From Candidatus Krumholzibacteriia bacterium (lineage in GTDB: Bacteria > Krumholzibacteriota > Krumholzibacteriia > G020349025): a stretch of DNA of 64,000 bases. The translations under genes and the position numbers were made by a program. The stretch covers positions 3,771 through 67,770 of the forward strand of contig DASRJW010000009.1 in NCBI GenBank assembly GCA_035649275.1, written 5' to 3'. This document shows, in pieces, positions 53,077 through 62,891 of this stretch (position 1 is its first letter; each line of letters starts with the position of its first letter). The notes beneath the pieces were generated by a model, which worked only from the letters and a program-made list of their open reading frames with translations, was not told the origin of the DNA and ran no database searches.

Positions 53077-56070
53077 ATGCTGGGAGGGTCGTTCTTGAGC
53101 GTCCCAGGGAGGATCTCGAGAGGCGCTGCGGCGGCCATCCTCGTGATCCTGCTCGCCGTCGGCGCGGTGCGGTCCCTGTCAGGGGCGGACGCGCCCGCTG
53201 CGACCTTCGGCGCCAGCGGCCTGCGTCATGGGGTCATCTGGTACTCGCGCGCCGCCAACGATGACGTCCGTCGCGCTTCGGCAACGCGCTATTCGGTGGG
53301 GATCACCGGCAAGGACGAGGGCAGCGACGCCGACAAGCCCGTCATCAAGTCGCTCAACTCGGAGTTCCGCTGGTTCGTCTACAACTCCGTGACCGACAAC
53401 TACGTCGTGCCCCATCCCAGCCCGCCGCTGGAGCACCAGTACGCTCAATCCCTGGCGGTGGCGCGCGGCTGGGATCCCGAAGAGATTTACCTGCACTATT
53501 ACGACGACACCATCGTGGCGCTGAGCGGCGACACCACGCTGTTCGTCCCCGGCTGGCCGGGCGGCAGCGCCCCCAACCCGGCGGATGCCCGGGTTCCGAT
53601 CTATTACGTCGACCGGAGCCGGCGTCTGGTGCATTTCTCCACCCGGCGGGCGGCACAGCTCCACAAGGAAACGATCATCCACCTGGCCCTGGATACACCA
53701 TTCAGGAATTCGACTCTCTACCCCGACGGGATCTTCCTCGACAACTCCGCTGCCGTGCTCTTCAACTTCGGAACCATCCGCTCGGGCGGGCATGTCCGCG
53801 AGACTCCCGGACATCTCCGCATCGACACCACGGAGTTTCGCACCTGGCATTGGAACAACAATCTCGGCCCCTTCCTGACCGCGCTGAAGGACAGCTTGGA
53901 AACTTCACCGTCGTGGTCCCGGGACCGGAAGCGCAAGTATCTGATGGTCAACGTGGCCAACGTCTGGGACGACTCGTATGTGTCCCGTGACATCGGCGAC
54001 ATCCTTTTCCTCGAATACCAATACAACCCGGTGCGGTCCTTCGGGCTCGGTGCCATGGACGATGCCCACCGCCGCGATCTCCTGGCGGCTTCAGCGGGCA
54101 TCACCAGCTTCTACTCCTCGGTTTTGCACCGGACGGTGCCGAGCCGCGAGGGGTCCTTCACCTACGCCCAGACCTTGCTCCACAACCTGACCTGGTACCT
54201 CATCACGCGCACCGAGAACACCCTCCTCTTCCAAATGGAGATCAGCACTCCCGTCTCCGCCGGGTGGGACTCCCTCACCTGGCGCGGCTGCATGAACATC
54301 GCCAACGAACGCCTCGGAAGCGTCACCGGCGAGCCGTTCACCCTCGCCCAGGGCACCGATCCGCTGGGCAACCGCTACGTGGTCAAGGCGCGGGCCTATC
54401 AGAATGGCTTGGCGGTGCTGCGGAATCGCGGCGATTGGAACCAGGGCATCGAACCGGAAACGGCGGTGAACGTGCCGCTGCCCCAGTTTCTGCTCCCCGT
54501 CGATCCGGAGGGGAACATCGGTGGCCGGGTGCAAATGGTGAGTCTGCGCAACGGCCAGGGGGCGCTCTTCCTCGCCAGCGGCGCACCCACTCTCTTCACC
54601 CTGGCCGTCGGCGTCGTGGGCTCGGGCACCGTGCGCGTCACCCCCTTCCGTTCCGGGTACGCTGCCGGTGCCAACGTCAATTTGCAGCCGAATCCAAGCC
54701 TGGGCTGGCGCTTTTCGCGCTGGGAAGGCGACCTCACCGGGAATGCCGTCCCCGCCTCGCTCCGGATGGACGCGAGTCGCAGCGTGAGGGCGGTCTTCGT
54801 CCCCAACAATGCGCCCCGGGCCGTCAACGATGCATACAGCGCTGTCACCGATGCCCCGATCCGCGTAGAAGCACCGGGCGTCCTCGGCAACGACAGCGAC
54901 CCGGACGGTGACCGCATCACGCCCGTGCTGCGCACCGCCCCGAGTCACGGCTTCATGGCTCTTTATCCCGACGGCTCTTTCGCTTATCTCGCCGCCCCCG
55001 GCTTCACCGGCACCGATCGCTTCACCTACGAGGTGCAAGACGGCCTCTCCGGCACCGCCACCGCGACGGTGACGCTCACGGTGGGCGGGCAGCCAGGGCT
55101 CGGCGTCTCCTTCGGCGAGTCACAGACCGGTGGTTCGAGCGCCGCGAGCACCGTGGCGACGTCGGCACCGTTCGCTCCCTCCACCGCGTCCTTGTTCATG
55201 GCCGCGATCGCCAGCAAACCCTACCGTCCAGTGCGCTCCGTGAGTGGCTTCGGCCTCGACTGGACGCTGGTGCAGGCGCAGTGCGGCGGGCGCAGCCAGA
55301 CCGGGATCGACGTCTGGATGGCCCGAGGAAACGCTACCGCGGGAAACGTGACCGCGACGTTCGGCACCGCGCCGATCAATGCCACCATCGCCGTGTCGCG
55401 CTACACCGGCGCCGATCTCGTCGCTCCCCTGGGGACGATGACCTCGGTCAACACGAATGGCGTGCAGGGGACGTGCTCCGGGGGAGTGGATGGCTCGCGC
55501 TACAGCCTCGCGGTCACGGGGACGACGTCGCGGGGCGTCGTCTTCGCTGCCGTGGCCATGCGCAACCGGCAGCACACGCCCGGTGCTGGAGTCACCCAGC
55601 GCGCCACGGTGCGCCAAGGCGTGTTCGGCGACGAAACCTCCCTCGCCGTGATCGACCGTCCCTCCACGCCCGGAACGCTGAGCCTCACGGGGACCTTCAA
55701 CAGCATCACGGACTGGGCGGTGGCCGGCGTCGAGATCCGGCCCTCCGGTGTGCCACCCACGACGTCGGCACCGGAAACCGAGAGAGCGCTGCCTCTCGTC
55801 CCCGCGCTGCGTCTTTCCCCCAACCCGGCGCGCGGCACGACGTCGATCGACCTCGACCTGCCCGCGGGCGCGATGGTCCGTGTCAGCATCCACGACGCTG
55901 CGGGACGTCGCATTCGCACCCTCGCGTCCGGGGCGCTGCCTCTCGGCTCGCATCGCCTGACCTGGGATGGCCGGGACAATGCAGGGACCTCGGTCCCGTC
56001 GGGTGTGTACTTCGTGCAGTCCGAGCTCGGCGCGTCCAAGCTGTCGCGCAAGCTCGTCTGGCAGCGCTGA
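53077..56070 (+). CDS. Large secreted protein (about 997 aa): uncharacterised N-terminal region, cadherin-like domain, C-terminal FlgD-Ig/T9SS-like domain
   Basis: Signal anchor AAAILVILLAVGAV; cadherin-like block NNAPRAVNDAYSAVTDAPIRVEAPGVLGNDSDPDGDRIT...TDRFTYEV; C-terminal ...VRVSIHDAAGRRIRTL...WDG...GVYFVQS... Confidence 0.6.
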   Translation: MLGGSFLSVPGRISRGAAAAILVILLAVGAVRSLSGADAPAATFGASGLRHGVIWYSRAANDDVRRASATRYSVGITGKDEGSDADKPVIKSLNSEFRWFVYNSVTDNYVVPHPSPPLEHQYAQSLAVARGWDPEEIYLHYYDDTIVALSGDTTLFVPGWPGGSAPNPADARVPIYYVDRSRRLVHFSTRRAAQLHKETIIHLALDTPFRNSTLYPDGIFLDNSAAVLFNFGTIRSGGHVRETPGHLRIDTTEFRTWHWNNNLGPFLTALKDSLETSPSWSRDRKRKYLMVNVANVWDDSYVSRDIGDILFLEYQYNPVRSFGLGAMDDAHRRDLLAASAGITSFYSSVLHRTVPSREGSFTYAQTLLHNLTWYLITRTENTLLFQMEISTPVSAGWDSLTWRGCMNIANERLGSVTGEPFTLAQGTDPLGNRYVVKARAYQNGLAVLRNRGDWNQGIEPETAVNVPLPQFLLPVDPEGNIGGRVQMVSLRNGQGALFLASGAPTLFTLAVGVVGSGTVRVTPFRSGYAAGANVNLQPNPSLGWRFSRWEGDLTGNAVPASLRMDASRSVRAVFVPNNAPRAVNDAYSAVTDAPIRVEAPGVLGNDSDPDGDRITPVLRTAPSHGFMALYPDGSFAYLAAPGFTGTDRFTYEVQDGLSGTATATVTLTVGGQPGLGVSFGESQTGGSSAASTVATSAPFAPSTASLFMAAIASKPYRPVRSVSGFGLDWTLVQAQCGGRSQTGIDVWMARGNATAGNVTATFGTAPINATIAVSRYTGADLVAPLGTMTSVNTNGVQGTCSGGVDGSRYSLAVTGTTSRGVVFAAVAMRNRQHTPGAGVTQRATVRQGVFGDETSLAVIDRPSTPGTLSLTGTFNSITDWAVAGVEIRPSGVPPTTSAPETERALPLVPALRLSPNPARGTTSIDLDLPAGAMVRVSIHDAAGRRIRTLASGALPLGSHRLTWDGRDNAGTSVPSGVYFVQSELGASKLSRKLVWQR

Positions 56071-56094
56071 GCTGATTGCCCGTACACTGGCCCG

Positions 56095-58677
56095 ATGCAG
56101 CTTCGACGCGCAGGTGCTGTCGCCTGCCTTTCCGGTTTCGTGGCTCTCGGGTACGAGATCCTCTGGGCCCGCCGGCTCTCCGACATCATCGGTGCCACGG
56201 CTCTGGCCTCGAGCCTGGTCGTCGGCGTCTTCTTCCTCTCCCTCGCCGCCGGCGCCGCGCGTCTCGGCCCGCTCGCCTCCCGCCATGCCTCACCCTGGCG
56301 TCTCTACGGACAGCTCGAGCTCGGCATCCTGGTGTGCATCCTGCCCTCCTTCTTCGGCGAGCAGCTCTCGGGCATCGTGGCGCGCGCCCTCGGCCCGGTG
56401 CTCCTTCTTCCCACCGCGGGCGCGGCATTGAAGGCCTGCCTCGCCGCCGTCTTCGTCGCTCCCCCTTCTTTTCTCATGGGTGGAACGCTCCCGGCGCTCG
56501 GACAGGCGGTGGTGAGCGCCGAGCGCTTGGGCCGCGAGGGCAACACGATCTATGGGTTCAACACCTTGGGTGGTGCTGGTGGCGTTCTGGTCACGACGTT
56601 TTTTCTCGTCCCCGTCTTCGGAATGCGCGGCGGCTTCTGCCTGTTGATGCTCGGGAGTCTCGCCCTAGCGGGCCTCGGTTTCCTCTTCGCCCGCGCGGCC
56701 GCGCCGCATGCGGCACCACGTTCGACTGCGACATCGTCCCCGCGGCGCTCGCCGGAGGTCGCTGCCTGGTCTGCGGGCCTCCGCTCCTGGGGGCTCGTGG
56801 CCGCGCTCTCGGGTTTCATCGTTCTCGGGCTCGAGATCCTCGCCTTGCACCTCTTCAGCCAGGTGCTGCACAATTCCAGCTACACCTTCGCGAGCGTTCT
56901 CGTGGTCGTCATCGCCGCGCTCGTGGTGGGACCCCTCGTGCTCCAGCGCGCCGTCCTCGACGAGCGCCGCGCCTGGCAGCAAGTCGGCGTGGTGCTGCTC
57001 CTCGGCGCCTGCGTCACCGCGGTCCTGCCACGCTTCTTCGTCGCCGCCACGCAGGGCATGAGTCCATTCGGTGGCGGGGCCGGCGGCTTCGCGACCTACA
57101 TCATCCGCATCCTGGGAAGCGCTGCTCTCGTCATCGGCCCGCCCTTCGTCCTCGCCGGCTGGGTCTTCCCTCTCGTCCTCGCCGGCGCCGGTGCAGCGAT
57201 CGCTGCACAGCGCCTGGGCGAGACGGTGGGGAGAACCTGGGGTCGGCTGCTGGGGATGAACGCGGCGGGTGCACTCGTCGGCCTCGTCACCGCGAATCAC
57301 CTCGCGATGCCGGCCCTCGGTTTGTGGGGCTCGCTCCTCGCCTGGTGCGTGGTGCTGCTCGCGAGCGGCCTCCTCGTCGCCTGGCGGACGCCCGGACGCC
57401 CGCGCTCTTTCGCTCTCGGCCTCGCTACGCTCGCCTGCATCTTGGTCGCCGCGACCTCTCCCTGGACGCTCCCGGTGGCGCACCTGGCCCCGGGCGAGCG
57501 CATCCTTGCCTGGCGCGCCGGTCCGGCAGGGGTGTCGGCGGTGCTCGAACAGCACGGCGACCGGCGCATCAAGTGGAACAACACCTACTCCCTCGGCGGC
57601 AGCGCCAATGCCGCACAACAGACGCGGCTCGGCTACCTGCCGCTTCTCCTCCATCCAGCACCCCGGCAGACGGCGTTCATCGGCTCCGCCACGGGGATCA
57701 CGGCGAGCGCCGCACTGCGCGATCCCAGTGCGGAGAAACTCACGGCCATCGAGCTCTCGGGACAAACGATGCGGCTCGCCTGCGAAGAGTTCCGGCCGTG
57801 GAATGCGGACCTCTGTGCCCATCCTCGGGCGCGCGCCGTGGTCGAGGACGGCCGCATGTTCTTCCGCGCCACGCGCGATACCTTCGATGTGGTCGTGGGC
57901 GATCTCTTCGTGCCCTGGCGTTCCGGCGCCGCCAATCTCTTCACGCGGGAACACATCCACAGTGTGAAGGCACACTTGCGACCTGGTGGCATCTTCGCCC
58001 AGTGGTTGCCCCTTTTTCAGCTCGATGCCTTGGGATTCTGGGGCATCGCCGCCACCTTTTGCGCCGAGTTTCCCAACGCCTGGCTCGCCATCGCCGACTT
58101 CCAACCCGGAAACCCGGCGGTGGCGCTCATCGGCTGGCGCGAAGGGCGGAAGAGCGCCGTCCTCGGCCCCGACCCCGCCGTGCTCGCTCGACGTTGCGCC
58201 ACACTCGGCAGCTCGCCCGAGTTGCGCGAACCTCTGCTCGCCGACCCGGCAGGCGTGGCCATGTTCCTGGTCGGTCCGCTCCGTCCAGCGCTCCCGAACG
58301 ATGTTCCGCTCCTCACCTTGAACCGGCCTTGGCTCGCCGATCATGCCCCCCGCGTCCAGCGGGCGCGCCCGTCGCGCTTCTTCACCGGCCCCGAACTGGT
58401 GGCGACACTGCAGCACATCGCCCGTGGTGCGCCGCCGGGCCCGTTGCGCCCCTCCATCCAGCTCGGGCAATGGCTCTATGCCTTCAGCGACGTGATGGAG
58501 CGGCAAGGTCCGCAGGCCGCTTCTGCGTGGTACGACAAGAACGTCACCGTGCCGTTGCCGTCACGCCTCTTCCTCGTACCCCAACCCGAGCGAATGAGCT
58601 GGCCGTTCTCGCAGCAGGCAGGCATGTTCCTGCTCCGCCGGGCGAACGCGGAGGCCCGGGCGAGCACAGCACCGTGA
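56095..58677 (+). CDS. Fused polytopic membrane protein / spermidine-synthase-like (polyamine aminopropyltransferase family) protein
   Basis: Two tandem hydrophobic modules (aa about 1-200 and 230-470) followed by soluble domain with spermidine synthase-like blocks (FIGSATGITA...VVGDLFVPW...GGIFAQW). Confidence 0.75.
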   Translation: MQLRRAGAVACLSGFVALGYEILWARRLSDIIGATALASSLVVGVFFLSLAAGAARLGPLASRHASPWRLYGQLELGILVCILPSFFGEQLSGIVARALGPVLLLPTAGAALKACLAAVFVAPPSFLMGGTLPALGQAVVSAERLGREGNTIYGFNTLGGAGGVLVTTFFLVPVFGMRGGFCLLMLGSLALAGLGFLFARAAAPHAAPRSTATSSPRRSPEVAAWSAGLRSWGLVAALSGFIVLGLEILALHLFSQVLHNSSYTFASVLVVVIAALVVGPLVLQRAVLDERRAWQQVGVVLLLGACVTAVLPRFFVAATQGMSPFGGGAGGFATYIIRILGSAALVIGPPFVLAGWVFPLVLAGAGAAIAAQRLGETVGRTWGRLLGMNAAGALVGLVTANHLAMPALGLWGSLLAWCVVLLASGLLVAWRTPGRPRSFALGLATLACILVAATSPWTLPVAHLAPGERILAWRAGPAGVSAVLEQHGDRRIKWNNTYSLGGSANAAQQTRLGYLPLLLHPAPRQTAFIGSATGITASAALRDPSAEKLTAIELSGQTMRLACEEFRPWNADLCAHPRARAVVEDGRMFFRATRDTFDVVVGDLFVPWRSGAANLFTREHIHSVKAHLRPGGIFAQWLPLFQLDALGFWGIAATFCAEFPNAWLAIADFQPGNPAVALIGWREGRKSAVLGPDPAVLARRCATLGSSPELREPLLADPAGVAMFLVGPLRPALPNDVPLLTLNRPWLADHAPRVQRARPSRFFTGPELVATLQHIARGAPPGPLRPSIQLGQWLYAFSDVMERQGPQAASAWYDKNVTVPLPSRLFLVPQPERMSWPFSQQAGMFLLRRANAEARASTAP

Positions 58678-58692
58678 GAGGCGGGGGCGCCT

Positions 58693-59760
58693 TCAATAGG
58701 GCCCGCTGAAGAATCGATAGTAGATGTCCTGAGCCCCTTCCGGCCCCTGGACCCAGACGCCGAGATAGCGCCCCGGAGTCGACGTCGGCGCGATCCGATG
58801 CGAGTAGCCTCCGGGGAGCGCCGTGTTCTCCACGAGCGCGGCGGGATCCGTGCTCGACCCCGCCACGGGCAGCTCGAACACCTTCGGGTTCGTGGGCCCC
58901 TGCGGGGTCGAGAGCCAGACGCAAAACCAACCGCCGCCGGTGCGCTGGTGGAGACCGGGAAACAGGTTGACCACGTTCCCCACCGTCTGAGTGATCCGCG
59001 TCGGCGGCGCCCAGTCGAGGCCTTCGGTCGAGGTCGAGAGGAAGAGATCCGATTTTGGATTCATCCATGGCAGCGGTTGACTGGTGTCGTGCCGGACCCA
59101 GACGAGAGTGATCGTGTTCCCGGTGCGTGCCGCGAACGGCAGGTGATCGTGCTCCGTGGCGCTGTTGATGGCGGTCAGACTCACGGGTGCATCCCAGCTG
59201 CTGGCGGCGGGACCTTTCCTGGCCACGTAGATCTCGCTGGTGGGATTGGTCGTGTCGCGGATCTCACTCACGAAGTAGACGAGGAGCGTGCCGTCGGCGG
59301 TGCGCACGAGCGTCGGCACCCAGTCGTCGACGTCGGCCGCCGTGGTCACCTGCTCTTCCGTCCCCGGATTCCAGGTGAGGCCGTCGACCGAGTGGTTGTA
59401 CCAGATGTGGCCGCGAAACGGCGCCTCCCAGCGAAACCAAGCCAGGTGGAAGACTCCCTGCTCGTCCTGGATCAGGCTCGGATTGAAATCGCCGCCCGTG
59501 CTCGTGGTGACGCGGAAGGGGCCGGTCCAGCCCGTGCCGTCCACGGTGCTCGTGATGTAGATGTCCGGGTTGCCGCCACGATCGGAAAACCAGGCCACGA
59601 ACAGCCTCCCGTCCTGGGCGCGGAGCACGCTCGGATCCTCGTCCTTCGTCGGACTCCCGATCGAAAGAAGCTGCCCGGTGGGAACGACGGGCTCGACCGG
59701 ATCGCTGCCGCAGCCGGCGGCAACGAGGAGGAGACCGAGGGCGACGCCGACTTTCTGCAT
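58693..59760 (-). CDS. BNR-repeat (sialidase-like beta-propeller) lipoprotein
   Basis: Lipobox LLLVAAGCGS; BNR Asp-box-like repeats STVDGTGW, SVDGLTW, STEGLDW. Confidence 0.65.
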   Translation of the reverse strand: MQKVGVALGLLLVAAGCGSDPVEPVVPTGQLLSIGSPTKDEDPSVLRAQDGRLFVAWFSDRGGNPDIYITSTVDGTGWTGPFRVTTSTGGDFNPSLIQDEQGVFHLAWFRWEAPFRGHIWYNHSVDGLTWNPGTEEQVTTAADVDDWVPTLVRTADGTLLVYFVSEIRDTTNPTSEIYVARKGPAASSWDAPVSLTAINSATEHDHLPFAARTGNTITLVWVRHDTSQPLPWMNPKSDLFLSTSTEGLDWAPPTRITQTVGNVVNLFPGLHQRTGGGWFCVWLSTPQGPTNPKVFELPVAGSSTDPAALVENTALPGGYSHRIAPTSTPGRYLGVWVQGPEGAQDIYYRFFSGPY

Positions 59761-59767
59761 GGCGTAC

Positions 59768-60997
59768 TCAGCCGAAGAACAAGTAGGTGACGAAGATCGC
59801 ACCGATCACACCCGCGGCGTCGGCGGCGAGGCCACAGCCGAGGGCGTGGCGCGTTTTCTTCACGCCGATCGAGCCGAAGTAGACCGCCAGGATGTAGAAG
59901 GTGGTTTCGGTGCTGCCCTGGATGATGCAAGCAAGGCGACCGGCGAAGGAGTCGGGGCCCAGCGTCTTCATGGTCTCCACCATCAAACCGCGGGCGCCGC
60001 TCCCGGAGAGCGGCTTGATGAGCGCCGTCGGCATGGCGTCCACCCAGCGCGTGTCGATGCCGAGGGCGCTCACGCCGCTGCGCATCGCGCCGAGGATCGC
60101 CTCCAGCGCGCCGCTCGCCCGCAACGCGCCCACCGCCACCAGGATCGCCACCAGATAGGGCACGATCCCGATCGCGACCTTGAAGCCCTCCTTCGCGCCG
60201 TCGACGAAGGTCTCGTAGAGCGGGATGTGGCGCCGTGCCCCCGCCGCAAGGAAGGTGATCACGACCGAGAGCAGGAGAAAATTCGCCACCAGCGCCGAGC
60301 GCGGGCCCACCATTTCCGGGGTGAGGCTGGCGAAATAGGCCACCATGCCACCGATGAAAAGGGTGATCAGTGCCAGCCAGCCGATCACGACTCGGTTCCA
60401 GAGGCTCAAGCGCTGGATGGCGGCGGTGACGAGGAGCCCGCACATCGTACTGCAGTAGGTGGCGATCAGGATGGGCACGAAGACGTCGGTCGGGTCGGCG
60501 GCACCGAGCTGGGCCCGGAAGGTGAAGATCGTCATCGGCAGTACGGTGACCGACGAGGCGTTGATCACCATGAAGAGGATCATCTCGTCGGTGGCGCGCT
60601 CGGGTTCCTGGTTGAGCGTCTGCAGCTCCTGCATCGCTTTGAGGCCGAGGGGCGTGGCGGCGTTGTCGAGACCGAGGACATTGGCCGACAGGTTCATCAC
60701 GATGGCGCCCGCCGCCGGGTGCCCTGCCGGAATCCCGGGGAAGAGGCGAAGGAAAAGGGGCCGGAAGGCGCGGGCGATGGCCTCGACGGCGCCGCTCTTC
60801 TCGCCGACACGCATCATGCCGAGCCAGAGGCTCATGACGCCGGTGAGGCCGAGGGCGATTTCGAAGCCGGTCTTGGCGGAGTCGAACAGCGCCCCGACCA
60901 CGTCCCGGAAGACTTCGGTGCGGCCGAAGACCAGGGCCTGGACGAGCGCGGCCAGAAAGGCGACGAGGAAGAACGACGCCCAGATCCAGTTCAGCAT
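59768..60997 (-). CDS. Fused SpmA/SpmB-like nucleoside-recognition (Gate) domain membrane protein
   Basis: 409 aa, 10-12 helices, two Gate-like halves (…GLTGVMSLWLGMMRVGEKSG… / …GSGARGLMVETM…). Confidence 0.65.
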   Translation of the reverse strand: MLNWIWASFFLVAFLAALVQALVFGRTEVFRDVVGALFDSAKTGFEIALGLTGVMSLWLGMMRVGEKSGAVEAIARAFRPLFLRLFPGIPAGHPAAGAIVMNLSANVLGLDNAATPLGLKAMQELQTLNQEPERATDEMILFMVINASSVTVLPMTIFTFRAQLGAADPTDVFVPILIATYCSTMCGLLVTAAIQRLSLWNRVVIGWLALITLFIGGMVAYFASLTPEMVGPRSALVANFLLLSVVITFLAAGARRHIPLYETFVDGAKEGFKVAIGIVPYLVAILVAVGALRASGALEAILGAMRSGVSALGIDTRWVDAMPTALIKPLSGSGARGLMVETMKTLGPDSFAGRLACIIQGSTETTFYILAVYFGSIGVKKTRHALGCGLAADAAGVIGAIFVTYLFFG

Positions 60998-61133
60998 CTC
61001 GAGACCCCGATCAGCATCCCCTCCACCTCAGGGGGCGCAGCATAGACGGACCCCGGCCGGGAGGGGAACAGGATCCGTGCCGCTCGACTGTCGGGAAGAT
61101 CACTTTCGGCGCTGCCGTACGCCGTTCCAGACC

Positions 61134-62297
61134 TCAGTGAGACGCATCTTTGCTGGGGGCGAAGCGGGAGAGACCGAGGAAGCCGACGGGAAGTCGCGTA
61201 GCGCCGTCGAGGGTCAGATCGGCGAGCACCTCGCCGACGACCGGGGCGAACTTGAAAGCATGACCCGAGAAGCCGGTGGCGACGATGACGTTCGGATGCC
61301 GCGGGTGGCGGTCGATGATGAAGTGCGAGTCCGGCGAGTTGTCGTACATGCAAACGGTGAGCGACAGCAGCGGCCCATCGGCGTCGGGGAGATGGCGCCG
61401 GAGCCCTTCATGGCACTCCTCTTCGTCGGCCGCGTTCGCGCTCCGTTCCACCGTGTCCGGGTCGCAGGGCCGCCCGCGGGCGTGGATCGCCGACTTCAAA
61501 CCCGGATGCCAGGGCAGAACGGGGAAGCCGTAGTAGAGGGCTCCATCCTCGCGTTCGATCGCCCAGCACGGCCAGCGCCCGAGGTCGAAGATGCCCTCCG
61601 CCTTGGGTTGCACCCAACCCATGATTTGTCGCGTGATCACGAGATCCACTCCCAGGTCGCGGCAGAGCTTGGCGGACCAGGGGCCGCCGGCGAGGACGAG
61701 ACCCCCGGCCCGGTACTCCCGGCGCTCGCTCCGCACCCGAACGCCGCTGCCGTCCGCAGACCACTCGAGCACGCGCTCGTGGCCGTGCAGCTCGGCGCCG
61801 TGGCGGAGAGCGCCTGCAGCGAGGGCGCCGACCGCGAGCTCGGGGACGACGAAACCGGCGTCGCGCTCGAGCAAGCCGACGAAGGAATCCGGCAAGCGCA
61901 GGGGCGGGAAACGCTGGGCGAGCTCGGCGTGCGTGAGGAGCTCGTGGACGAGACCGAAGCGCCGTGCCGCCTGCAAAGAGCCCGGCACCAGCTCGCTGCC
62001 GCCTGGGCCCATGGGCCCCTCCGGGCCGGCGTAGAGCGCGCCGGTGAGATGCAGGAGCTTCACCCCCGACCGCTTCTCCAGCTCCTGCCACAACTCGAGC
62101 GAGCGTTGCAGGAGAGGCACGTAGTCCGGGTGCTCGAAGTACGCCAGGCGGAACATGCGCGACTGGCCGTGGTGGGCACCGAAGACGTGGGGGATGGCGA
62201 ACTGCTCCAGGCCGAGCACGCGGCAGCCGCGCCGGGCCAGAGCCTCGCAGGCCGCTGCACCCATCGTCCCGACGCCGATGACGATCACGTCGTGCAT
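61134..62297 (-). CDS. FAD-dependent oxidoreductase of the monomeric sarcosine oxidase / N-methyl-L-tryptophan oxidase family
   Basis: N-terminal DVIVIGVGTMGAAACEALARRGCRVLGLEQ FAD dinucleotide fold; C-terminal Cys-containing MSOX-like region (…SLTVCMYDNSPDSHFIID…). Confidence 0.75.
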   Translation of the reverse strand: MHDVIVIGVGTMGAAACEALARRGCRVLGLEQFAIPHVFGAHHGQSRMFRLAYFEHPDYVPLLQRSLELWQELEKRSGVKLLHLTGALYAGPEGPMGPGGSELVPGSLQAARRFGLVHELLTHAELAQRFPPLRLPDSFVGLLERDAGFVVPELAVGALAAGALRHGAELHGHERVLEWSADGSGVRVRSERREYRAGGLVLAGGPWSAKLCRDLGVDLVITRQIMGWVQPKAEGIFDLGRWPCWAIEREDGALYYGFPVLPWHPGLKSAIHARGRPCDPDTVERSANAADEEECHEGLRRHLPDADGPLLSLTVCMYDNSPDSHFIIDRHPRHPNVIVATGFSGHAFKFAPVVGEVLADLTLDGATRLPVGFLGLSRFAPSKDASH

Positions 62298-62400
62298 GAC
62301 GGCAGAGCATAGCCAGGTCGGGCCGAGAGGGGAACGGGATCACCGTGGCACTCGCCGCCCTCCGGTCTGGGGACTCCGGAGCCGGGGTGGGCGGCGAGTG

Positions 62401-62826
62401 TCACTGAACGCGGAAGGCGTTGGAGAAGAGCTTCTCGGGGAGCTCGGGTCGGGGCTCGGTTCCAAACGGGATGACCCAACGATAGACGCCATCTTCCCGG
62501 GAAACGAACAGGTCCACGAAGGAGACCGTGTCGCCAGGAAACAGCGGACGGTATTCTGGCATGAGGTGGTTCTTGCAAACCGTGAAGTAGCTCGGCTCCC
62601 AACAGACCCCGGACTGGACCTCGACCTCGCGCATCATGAGCCGTCCACAGTGCTTGAAAAACACGGGCGTGTCGCCACGGTTCGAAATCGTCACCGTGAT
62701 GGTCTCACCCTTCGCGTACGTCCGATGCTCGGTGCGCGCGACCAGGCCCGGCAGCGCGGGACTGTTGAGCGCCTCGTCGCAGCCAGTGAGAAGGACGGCC
62801 GCGAGCAGAACCGCTGGCGTGCACAT
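62401..62826 (-). CDS. Small lipoprotein, hypothetical (141 aa)
   Basis: Lipobox LLTGCDE after hydrophobic signal; 4 Cys. Confidence 0.45.
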   Translation of the reverse strand: MCTPAVLLAAVLLTGCDEALNSPALPGLVARTEHRTYAKGETITVTISNRGDTPVFFKHCGRLMMREVEVQSGVCWEPSYFTVCKNHLMPEYRPLFPGDTVSFVDLFVSREDGVYRWVIPFGTEPRPELPEKLFSNAFRVQ

Positions 62827-62891
62827 CGGCAATCGACCTTCCCCGCGGGAGACTCTCGCCGGCCAGGCTCGCGCCAAAGGGCGCGATCGTG

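Noticed and set aside
56076-58709. 877-aa plus-strand ORF in an alternate frame over the fused spermidine-synthase gene
   Set aside because: The 56095..58677 frame has TM periodicity and SpeE-like blocks; the alternate frame is Arg/Pro-rich junk.
60459-62312. 617-aa plus-strand ORF antisense to SpmAB-like and sarcosine-oxidase-like genes
   Set aside because: Antisense artefact; no motifs.
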